From the NCBI RefSeq assembly GCF_018977255.1, contig NW_024704742.1, positions 87,050,001-87,114,000 of the forward strand: 64,000 bases of DNA. The letters run 5' to 3'. Positions 40,691 through 51,131 of this stretch are shown one piece after another; positions within the stretch are counted from its first letter, which is position 1, and the number at the start of each line of letters is the position of its first letter. The notes beneath the pieces were generated by a model. It made no database searches. It was not told the DNA's origin and saw only the letters and a list, made by a program, of their open reading frames with translations. Origin of the DNA: Callorhinchus milii. Lineage: Eukaryota. Position numbers and translations under genes: made by a program.

Positions 40691-42791
40691 TACCTAGCTA
40701 GACAAGTAATGTACACCACCTGATTACCAAAACTTATGTCAGCATTTTGGAGGCATTTGTTGCAGTGCAAATCTACATTTCCATCTCCAGGAAAACAATG
40801 GTTTCTTTGTTGTTGAAAGTATGGAAATGCCATCAGTAGAAATCAACTGGTTAGTACAGCACTCTTTTGGATGCAGCATTGGATTCATATCTCAGAATTT
40901 GTTAAGATTGATTCTGGTGTCAGAGAGAAATTGCAGAGACTTTTCTCTTCTTGGAAGCTTCACCTGGACTATTTAACTGTCTCAGGTCAAGAACCTTCAA
41001 ACGGGAGGAGAGCCCATGACATGGTCTATGTAGGGAATTAATCCGATGAGTTTAAAGGCTGAATTATCACCAGTGCTTCACATATCGCATATAAGCAATT
41101 TAAAATTCTCAGGCCCCAAATTTCTCATGTTTTTCAGCTTTAAATCATAGTATTAAAATTTAAGATCACACAGACTTTTGGTTTTGATTTAGAAGTTGAT
41201 TTTCCAAAGTCCTCGAAATGAATTGCAGAACACCACTTCCCAAGTTAAGACTAAAATTCCAAAATCTGGCAGGACTTGAAACGTTAAGATTATAATCCAA
41301 GAACACAAGAATATTTTAGGTTCTGAAAGTTTGAGAAGTCAGTGGTGGATAGGAAAATTTATTATTGCCAACAGGTACATATTACAACAACTTACTGAAG
41401 CAAAGAGCAGTTGCTGAGGATACACGTTCAAAGCACAATTTTTGTGGGTCTTCCTGGATTCTTTGTTTTGCTGAATTCTTCAATTCACAAGTGCTACAAA
41501 GGCACAGCTGCACCAGCACTAGACTAATGCATCAAATCGGCAACATAAATAAACATTTGCCAACCCTTGTATCTTTCTTTTAAAGAAACTACAACATTTC
41601 ACAATGCAACAAAGTCTTTGAAAATAATGGATTGTGTTGCAATTCCTAATCACTCAGCCAGCTCTCAGCTTAGCTCAATTGGGAGCACTCACGTCTGAGT
41701 GTCTAAAGTTGTGGATTCAAGCCCCACTTTGGGACATTGGTCTTATCATTCCACCTGGACACTCTGTTGTACACTCTGTTGTATTGTTATTGGCTCCCAC
41801 CTTCGGAAGAGATCTTAAACCAGGATCCCATCTCCCTGTTCAGGTACGTAATGATTCACAACACTAGTGTATTAAGTAACTTTTGTCTAATACCCCAACC
41901 ATAAACTCACACCAGTTATTCTCCCCAAATTCCTTTTTTATACTTCCTGGTCTTCTTTCATTGGTTCCCAATTAATTGTCTATTTACTCTTAAAAAGGGT
42001 TATGCAACAAGGTGGATGACAAAGATCCCTATTCAAAAAGAGAAGGTAGTTTCTCCTGGTTTCTCGGCCAAGAATCCTCAAGATAAAATTGGTCATTCAT
42101 AGCAGTTTGTGAGACATTGCTGTGTGTAAATTGTTCACTGCATTTGTCCACAAACTACAACAATGATAAATTTACATTATATAGTACCTTTCACATCAGG
42201 AAGATGTCCCAAGGTGCTGGGACATGAATACAGTCACTACACGTTACAGCAAAATCCTGTGAAGTGCTTTGAAACTTCTTGATGACTGATAAGGCACTGT
42301 ATCAAATTAAATTATTATTATATTGTAACAAAGTCTGAACAGGAAGCCAGCTAAGTTGGATTGTAACTGGAGAGAGAGGATGGGTCTTGTTCTGGATAAA
42401 GGGAGTGCTCTAACCTTACTAGGCTTTCTTTGCCCTAGACTGCAGCACGGGAGGTGCTGCTACTGGTGGAGGAGAGAACTTAGAAAGTCTATGGCCTAAC
42501 ACAGGGTCCAGAGAGAACTGGCCTGTTGGAATTCAGAATGACTTCTGTGGGCCTGAGCTGGAAGCACAGAGGGCTAGAGGGTTAAACGGTTTTGACATCC
42601 CAGAGGCGCTGGGCTATGAGAACTATAACTTCTGAATAATATCTGTCGCTCTGTCTGTCTGGGTTCACGTTACAATATTTTTGTTCCTATTTCTGTTTAA
42701 AAAATGCCGGTGATCAAATATTACAGTGTTATGATGCTATTAAAATGGAATTTCAGTGTTACTTTATGGTGGTCTTGTAACTGAAGCATTT

Positions 42792-43107
42792 GTGGAGTCC
42801 TGTAGCTCAGTGGTTAGAGCACTCATTTTGCAAGCGAGAGACCTGAGTTCAATTCCAGGCAGAGGGCGAAACCTTGGGCAAGTTTCCTTACTCCACACAG
42901 AGCCTAATAATAATCCCTCCAAAACTAAACAATAATAAATTGGTCATTTTCAATCTACGACTGTTTGTGGGACATTGCTGTGCGCAATTGGCTGCCGCGT
43001 TCGCCCACAAATATACAGTCAATTCACTTTACAGTCTATTCTGTGAAGCGCTTTGGGACGTCCTCCCGACGTGAAAAGCGCTATATCAAATGCAAGGATT
43101 ATATTAT
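42792..43107 (+). mobile_element. tRNA-derived SINE (Ala-like head, short subfamily), full length
   Basis: A box TAGCTCAGTGG, B box GAGTTCAATTCC, TGC loop, L2-like 3' stem-loop, (ATT)n tail. Confidence 0.9.
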
Positions 43108-43620
43108 ATATTATATTATTAAGTAGTTCATGATGTTTTCATTATACTGAAATTTAGAAGATAGGGCGATGCCAAGTGTAACTGGATCAGAAAAATATTT
43201 GCATATCAAGTATGAAATTGGATACACAGAAACAAGAACCTTTTTGTTTCGTGGTTAACGATGATCAAGAGAAGTGGACCGTAACAATACGTCTTTCTAA
43301 AAAAAAGTGTTGAATAAGTATTTTAAATTAACTGCGCTAAAGCGCAATATTAGTCTTAAATATTACAGCGGCATTTCATTTAAGGACTTAACAGGGTCAC
43401 CATACTTTTTATGTCAAATACTGTATAAAGCATAGCCTACAACAACTTATATTTATGTAGCGCTTTCATGTGGTGTAATGTCTTGGAGCACTTACAAGGG
43501 GAGTTCAGGCTCAGGGTCTAAGACCTGATCAGTGATTTCAGGTCACAACTGCATAGACCTTGCTTTAAGCACCACCCTCAAGTGCAATAACTAAACTCAC
43601 AAGCATTTTGATAGCAATAT

Positions 43621-43626
43621 TTTAAT
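43621..43626 (-). terminator. Candidate polyadenylation signal ATTAAA of the PGM5-like gene
   Basis: ATTAAA about 455 nt after the stop, followed about 20 nt later by a GU/U-rich stretch (ttgtgagtttagttatt); another ATTAAA lies at 43936-43931. Confidence 0.35.
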
Positions 43627-44080
43627 AATACTTGGAAAAAATTAACAAGTTGAAAGCACTTGACTATTTGAATCATTAACGATGGCTTACAATTGCTTTG
43701 GCTTACATAACAATGGCTTACAATTATAATTGCACAAAGCCACGAGTGACTACACTGAAGTAAAATATAAGTGTCACTGACCAACACACAGTCCTCTTAT
43801 ATAGGAATTGGTAACTCAAACACATCATGCAAGAATAACACAGTAGCTCTTTGTAAAATACACAAGTATAGTTAACACAAGCACATAAAAAGCAAAAGTT
43901 GAGTAACCTTGTAATTTTACAAATTGTTTGTTTAATTTTCCCTTTTTTTTTCACATTATCTTCATTCAGAAGGAAGGAAGATGTAACAGTACAGGCGGCT
44001 GATGTGAAAATCTCAAGCAGAACGTCAACAGAAAGAAAATAACATCTCTCTTGGCCCCTCGTGAGTGCATGCTGGTGAGC

Positions 44081-44170
44081 TCAGGTAATGATTGTAGGAC
44101 CTCTGCGTGCTGTCCGATCATGAACCTGTGAAATCTTAAGTGCGATGGCTATCAGTGGGCCCAGCACCAC
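44081..44170 (-). CDS. PGM5-like terminal coding exon ([29 protein letters not shown])
   Basis: C-terminus close to PGM5 ([21 protein letters not shown]); ccacag| acceptor; TGA at 44083-44081. Confidence 0.93.
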   Translation of the reverse strand: MVLGPLIAIALKISQVHDRTARRGPTIIT

Positions 44171-44237
44171 CTGTGGAAGAAGGACAAAGTGGTTACCTCA
44201 GATTACAAGGCTCCATGAAAAACATCTCTTGAAATCT

Positions 44238-44557
44238 AATAATAATAATCCTTGCATTTGATATAGCACTTTTCACGTCGGGAGGACGTCCCAAAGCACT
44301 TCACCGAACACACTGTAAAGTGAATTGACTGTATATTTGTGGGCGAACGCGGCAGCCAATTGCGCACAGCAATGTCCCACAAACAGTCGTAGATTGAAAA
44401 TGACCAATTTAATTATTGTTTTTGGTTTTTTGGAGGGATTATTATTAGGCGTGTGGAGTAAGGAAACTTGCCCAAGGTTTCGCCCTCTGCCTGGAATTGA
44501 ACTCAGGTCTCTCACTTGCAAAGCGAGTGCTCTAACCACTGAGCTACAGGACTCCAC
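44238..44557 (-). mobile_element. tRNA-derived SINE, short subfamily, full length
   Basis: Highly similar to the 42792 copy in reverse orientation. Confidence 0.9.
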
Positions 44558-46425
44558 AGCTACAGGACTCCACATATGTCAGCAAAGTGGAGGTGGTCAG
44601 TGCTGAGAGTGGAGCTGAAGCGAATTGTGTATGCAAATTTTCCAGTGCAGAGCTATGAGCAACAAACAGTAACTGAGCACTCCTCAGCTCATACACCGCA
44701 TGTTAAAGTGTCTACTTTCTGATGTAAAAGAGAAAAAAAAATCGCCAAAAACCATCAAACACTTCAGAAGTCCTTTGGTTTTCCTTGCGTCGTGGTGATT
44801 TTTGGTTACCTGGGCTGCCATTGATCTCTGCTATAAAGACCATTTAAAAAGCCACTCCTGCTATCAAAATACTTTGCATCAATTCGCTTATAATGCTCTC
44901 CTGTGACCTGCAGTTATGGGAAGTGATGTTGGTAGGGACCTGATGACCCGGAAGCAGTACTGGAGGTCACTTGTTTTACAGCCATGTGAATGATCAATTT
45001 TATCTGGGGATTTGTTGGTCAAGGCGCTAAGAGAAACTCACATTTAGAATAGAGCCACGGGATCTTAACGTACACCTGAACAGGTGGACAGGACTTTAGT
45101 TAAATATCTCATCTGACAATGCAACACCCTCCCAGCACTGCATTGTATGTCAGATATACACTTGGAACTTAAAGTCCTGCTGTGAGACATAGAGCTTGAA
45201 TCTTCTGATTCAGAGACGAGAGAGCTACGAATAACAGCTTAATAAGCTGATGGAGGGGAAGGGTAGGGTGGGTATTCTGGAAGGATGACATCAGATTGGC
45301 CAAAGGATCTCCTTTATCCAAACCAATCTTGTGTTATCTTATGAATACTGTATAACAAGGGCAGCTGTTCAAATGCTACCCTGCCCTAACAATGTGTAAA
45401 CCTGGATCCAGTGGATACTGTGCTTTGCCAAAGCCAGATGGCACTGGACTAGCTCCCAGGATGAGCTAAATCACACATCTTTATTTAACTAAAAGGAGCC
45501 ACTCTGCCTCGGGTCCGGTTTGGCCCTGTACATATATCATCAGAGGTGCCTAGTGGCTGGGGAGGCAGGGTCTATAGATGTGCTCAGATCAAGAATTCCT
45601 CATTGGGAAAAATGCAGTTACATAAATGTACCTTTATCTAGGTACATAGATAGAGATGATACTTGGAGCATCAAGTTTATCATAACTCCCTCTCAAAACG
45701 ATAATGAGAGATGCTCTGATGGTGAAGTCCATTTGATCCATCAATCTTTCGCCTTCAAATAGTTTGAAACATACACGTACAAATACTAAACAATTATTTT
45801 TCTAAAGGCATGCTACAGAAGTGCCAATCCGAAAATAGCAGGTCTCACAAGCTCATCCTGTGTTGCTAAGGGCAAAACACACCAAAAACGGCTGTTATAG
45901 ACTCTGCCTGGTTAGGAATATGACAGGTGATGTGCTTTTACTGCTACTCATGCAAGAAAATTAATGGGACGTCTCCTTGGTGTGTTTAAAAAATTCATTT
46001 GGAAATGTGCAGTTTATTATATATTTTACCGTTTGAAACATGAATCAAGAGTGCCTCCTTGTGGCACAATAGCTGTAACTGCAAGCCCAACTAAGCTGCT
46101 TTGTTAGGCTGTACAGTCTGTGTTAATCATACAAGTGCCCAGTATTCACTATGTGACCATGAACCCATGATTAGCCAATATTAATCTCACCCCTCGGGTT
46201 TGAACAGAGTGCATGACTTGAAATACAGTATAATAATGTACAGGTCAGGCAAGAAGGTGGTAGCGACAGTAAGCTATGAAGCGACCCACGATGAACTGGG
46301 GCATTTTATATCAACTCACACTGGCCACATTATGAGTGGCATGTTGTGTGTTGCTACATGTCTAGCCTTTGTGGTCACTGGCTAGAGCTGAGGCAGAGGT
46401 GAACAACATTTGCCAATTATTTAAA

Positions 46426-46714
46426 AATAATAATAATAATAATAATCCTTGCATTTGATATAGCGCTTTTCACGTTGGGAGGACGTCCCAAAGCGCTTCA
46501 CAGAACACACTGTAAAGTGAATTGACTATATTTGTGGGCGAATGCAGCAGCCAATTGCGCACAGCAATGTCCCACAAACAGTCGTAGATTCAAAATGACC
46601 AATTTAATTATTATTTTTGTTTTTTTTGGAGGGATTATTATTAGGCGTGTGGAGTAAGGAAACTTGCCCAAGGTTTCGCCCTGCCTGGAATTGAACTCAG
46701 GTCTTTCGCTTGCA
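46426..46714 (-). mobile_element. tRNA-derived SINE, short subfamily, 5'-truncated
   Basis: Body and tail match the 42792 copy. Confidence 0.87.
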
Positions 46715-49513
46715 AAAATGCCTTTCAAATGAACACCATTCTACCCCAGTTCTCTGAAATTACATCCCAAACTTCCTCCGCTCCAGTCCCTCCCCCCTTT
46801 CTGAAATCCCACCTTAAGATCTATCTTATCCACCACCTTTTCAGCCACCTTTTCCCCCCACCCACCCCCGAGGGTCCCGGGGAGCTAAGTGAAACACTTT
46901 GAGACATCCTCCTGATGTGAAAGACTGTATAAATTTTTGATGTTGTGTGCCTTTTTACTGTGAATACATGTGACATATAATTTAGTGCTTCAGTTCGAGT
47001 CGAGCAGCGCATGAGGATTTACTTAATTCCCTGAACATTTTAGATAAAGAGTAAAGCAATTTTTGCAAAAAGAAAAATGATACTTTAACTGTAATAAAGC
47101 TTTGCAGGCATTTTTAAATAAACAGATGGATATCTTTCATTTATTTCTGCTACACATTTTTTTCTCTGATTCCTCACAAACACCATTAACTGCAAGAAGA
47201 GATGGCAAGGGCAGCATCTGATCTCAGTTATTGGAAGATGTAAAACAATACAATTGTTGGTGTGAGATGTACTTTTCGAAATGTTTTGAAAGTGGAAAGT
47301 GAAGGGCAACATGGAGAGATTTAGGAGGGAGTTCCAGAGAGCCAAACCATGGTGGCTGAAGGCTCGTTCACTGATCTTGAGTCAATGATGAGAAGGAGGA
47401 CTGAGTTGGCAGCATGGAGGGAATGTAGCGGGGAGTTAAGACAGCAGGAGATCAAATAGTGGACAAGGCCATGAAGTAATTTTAAAGTCAGGATGAGAAT
47501 TTTAAGTCAATCATTTGGGTAACAGAGAGCCAGCGGAGTCCAGCAAGGATGGTAGCAATGAGTTTGGGGAACTTGATTATGGGAAATGAAGGGAGTTGCA
47601 AAGTTTTGGGTGAATGGCACTTGTGGTGGACAAGAGATAAAGGAAGAAATTGAATTTAGATAATGCAAAGCTTCCTTGCTGATTTTGCCTCCCTCTAGTG
47701 GGAAAAAAAAGTTACTTTACTTATTGGAGTGAAAAATTGTGGCCCTGTCCAACTGTTCAGATGAATGTTTAAAGATCCCATGATTCTCAAACTCCCAATT
47801 ACTTTAAATGCAATTTATTTCTGCTCTTGTATAGTGTAATATTTATAATCCTCGCTTGTGATAATGCTTATCATGTCAAAAAGTCTGAAAACACTACACA
47901 GGTATTTACCATTGAATTTTGTAACTGTTTCTGCTGTTGAATGTTAATTTTGCCCACAGGAAAATCCAACTTGAAGTGAATGACCAATTCACAGTTTAGC
48001 TGGCAGATTCCTAAATGATTCCAGTGTATAAAACAAGGAAATGGAAAAAGAGTCACATATTTTTCAAAACGAGATGCGAGTTTAGTATCACGTAGTGCAG
48101 TCTCTATTAAGTACAGTAGACCTCTGTTAGAACCTGGCAGGGGGAAGGGGAGGGTCCAAAATATCCCCAAATATCACTTGACGAGGCACACTGCTTACGT
48201 GTGCAGAAAGCTGTCCGGCTTCCAAACTTAAAAAAAATGATCAACTCACGGGTTATCAGGTTGCCATTGAGGTCACTTCCTGCGTATTGCTGTGCTGCAC
48301 ACAGGAAGTGACCTCGGCAACAAACTGGTGACCTGAAGCCGGTCAATTTGTAGCCATCGGAGGCTCCACAGGGCATCTGCCTATTCAGTGAAACCACGCT
48401 ATGACGAAGTGTGTATTATAGTGGGGTCTCACTAAAGCTCCTCCCTATAGTAAATGTACCTAACATGCAAAACCTATTGCTTTCAGGACCAACACATCAG
48501 TGTGATCTTTATTACCCTTTCACTGTAGTTACGCTTCATGGACCAAGATCACAAAACAAGGCAAACTTTTATTAGGCCAAAGCAAAAATATTTGCCCCAC
48601 CACCACCATCATCATCACCCTCACACTCACCCATACAGACACACAAACATACACATGAGTACGCACTATCACAAGCGCATACACTTTCAAGTATCTTTGA
48701 ATTACCTCATCCAAATGACCATTCCTCATTCAAGAGTCAGTGGCTCATTCATCAATGTAGGGGTGGAATATGACACAAGTGCCCTATCCTGTCCTCACCC
48801 ATTGACCAAACATGCACTTTCCACCAGACGTCATGGCAATTTCCTCGTGTGCACCAAAAAAAATCCCTACATTTGATTCCTTTTAGTATTTCCATTGCTC
48901 GGTATGCATGAAATAGTAAATCGAAGAGGAAGAGAGAAACGTACTTGAGGGGAAGGAGAACACCGAGGTGCATGTGGCCAAGCCCAAAGCGTCACATTTC
49001 AAAACGAGATTCCGACTCATCAAATGGAAGGAACTTTAAAAATGTTTCTCCAGCACTGTGCCAGGGTCTGAGCAGACTACACTGGAGCCATCTATTTTGG
49101 GATGATTAAACAGCTATCTATTCAGAACATGTGCTAAGGCTGCCCAAACAATTGCTTTTAAAGGTGCAATTCATTCACAATAAAACGTTTGACCACCTTT
49201 TTTTACAAAGCATGCCTAAAAATGGGCAACAAGATACAACAACAACAAATGAAATTTGTATATAACAGCTTTCACGTGAAGAGGACATCCCAAGGCGCTG
49301 GCCAGTCAAGGAGTTGCATGGATGCAAAAAATTGCCCTTTGAAATGTTCCAGCCCACCGCATGTGTCTTGACTTTATCATGGCAAAAGTTACAGGAAATT
49401 GTGATGCGTGATGTGTTCATCATCACCAGTGGGGATGTTCACTTTGTGGAGAAATACAGCTGAGACAGCCAATGAAGACATCCTCACCCACTCCTCCCAA
49501 CTTGTCTGCAATG

Positions 49514-49791
49514 GTTCAATTCCAGGCAGGGCGAAACCTTGGGCAAGTTTCCTTACTCCACACGCCTAATAATAATCCCTCCAAAAAACCAAAAACAATA
49601 ATAAAATTGGTCATTTTCAATCTACGACTGTTTGTGGGACATTGCTGTGCACAATTGGCTGCCGCGTTCGCCCACAAAAAATATACAGTCAATTCACTTT
49701 ACACTGTGTTCTGTGAAGCGCTGTGGGATGTCTTCCAGACGTGAAAAGTGCTATATCAAATGCAAGGATTATTATTATTATTATTATTATT
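49514..49791 (+). mobile_element. tRNA-derived SINE, short subfamily, 5'-truncated
   Basis: Begins at the B box; body and (ATT)n tail. Confidence 0.87.
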
Positions 49792-49829
49792 GTTATAATA
49801 CACCCTAAAATATTGGTCCGGGTTTACTT

Positions 49830-50790
49830 TTTCAAACTCATTTAAAATTTTATGCACCTCTAGGAGATTCCCTGAGTCGTCTTCTCTCAAAACTGAAGAG
49901 CCCTAGCCTGTATAGTTGTTGCTCATAGCTCGTTCCTCTAACATCCGCTTTGCTCTCCTCTGCACTGCCTCTAGGGCTCGGATAACTCTTTTATGTCACA
50001 GTGACCAGAGCTGTACACAGTATTCAAGGTGCGGTCTGACCAGAGCATTGTATAGACTAAGTGTGACATCTGGAGATCTAAACTCACCTGATTTAGCAAC
50101 ATAGCCCTGTTTGCCTTGTTTCGACATAGTGAGCGACAAGTCAACTAACACCCTGTTTGTAAAGTTCAATCTCATTCATGCAGTACTTGTGTTTCCTATT
50201 CTTGGATCCTATCTGCAGTAGCTTGCACTTATCAGTATTATACTTCATTTGTCAGCAATCAGCCCATGTGCATACCCTACAAAGCTCTCTAATTCCACCG
50301 GTCCCCCCCAACTTGGTATCATCTGCAAATTTAGCTGTTTTACACTGGGTCTGTGAATCCAGGTCATTGATATATAATAATAATAATCCTTGCATTTGAT
50401 ATAGTGCCTTATCAAGCCTTCGAGACGTCCCAAAGCACTTCACAGAATATACTGTAAAGTGAATTGACTGTATACTTTGTGGGTGAAACACGGCAGCCAA
50501 TTGCACACAGCAGTGTCCCACAAACAGTCGTGGATTGAAGCGACCAATTTTTTTTTGAAGGAATTATTATGCCTGGAAAAGCAACCCGACAATCGACTAA
50601 CAACCGGGTTCCTACTTACTGCTAAGTAAACAGAGGCGTGCGGAGTAAGGAAACTTGCCCAACATTTCACCCTATTGGGAATTGAACCCAGGTTTCTTGC
50701 TTGCGAGATGAGCGCTCTAACCACTGAGCTACAGGACTCCACTATAAAGGAACAACATGAGGGATCCTAGTACCATAACCCTGCTCTATG
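49830..50790 (-). mobile_element. Old CR1 fragment split by a SINE
   Basis: YINDLD...[10 protein letters not shown] and VRPHLEYCVQ motifs. Confidence 0.75.
50375..50742 (-). mobile_element. tRNA-derived SINE, long subfamily, nested in CR1
   Basis: Full head and tail; tata(a) at both junctions. Confidence 0.88.
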
Positions 50791-50996
50791 GAAGTAGAAG
50801 CTGAGATCAGTATGCGAACAGAGGATCAAGAAGTCAGATTGAAACAGACCAGGCATCTCCAGGATTCACATGTTACAAATCCTTTTACCAATCACATAAG
50901 TTATAGCCCACTGGTGAATGTCTCACCGGGAGATGTCATTCCTATGTTTTCCTATCGTGTTCTGAGACACTGTGCTTTTCAGTTGTTTTTTGTTAC

Positions 50997-51131
50997 CTGA
51001 GGCTCTCTGTCGATTTTGGTGGGGTCCCGTTCATAGCATTCTGCATAGATCCTGATGGTGGATCCCGTGCTCCTGGTTCCACTCTGCCGAAAGATGAGTC
51101 TGGAGCCATCTGTGAGGATCATCCGCAGCCC
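50997..51131 (-). CDS. PGM5-like exon ([45 protein letters not shown])
   Basis: Domain-4 phosphate-binding loop region; ctgcag| acceptor, cag|gtaaca donor; 135 bp. Confidence 0.93.

Noticed and set aside
42792..42865. tRNA-Ala(TGC)-like sequences (also about 6040-6114, 17640-17712, 44485-44557, 50670-50742)
   Set aside because: No proper acceptor stem and always fused to the same body and tail: SINE heads, not tRNA genes.
14300..44000. Hidden protein-coding gene between the two genes (e.g. exon-like stretches near 19590-19750 and 26430-26450)
   Set aside because: No chain of phase-compatible exons or recognisable protein motif; a short or non-coding gene cannot be excluded without RNA data.
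47686..47702. CTCF-like motifs (also about 190-205 and 21495-21510)
   Set aside because: Short degenerate matches expected by chance in 64 kb; unsupported without ChIP or conservation data.
48538..48876. ORF with a poly-histidine run
   Set aside because: Produced by (CAC/CAT)n and (CA)n low-complexity sequence, antisense in an intron; no recognisable domain.
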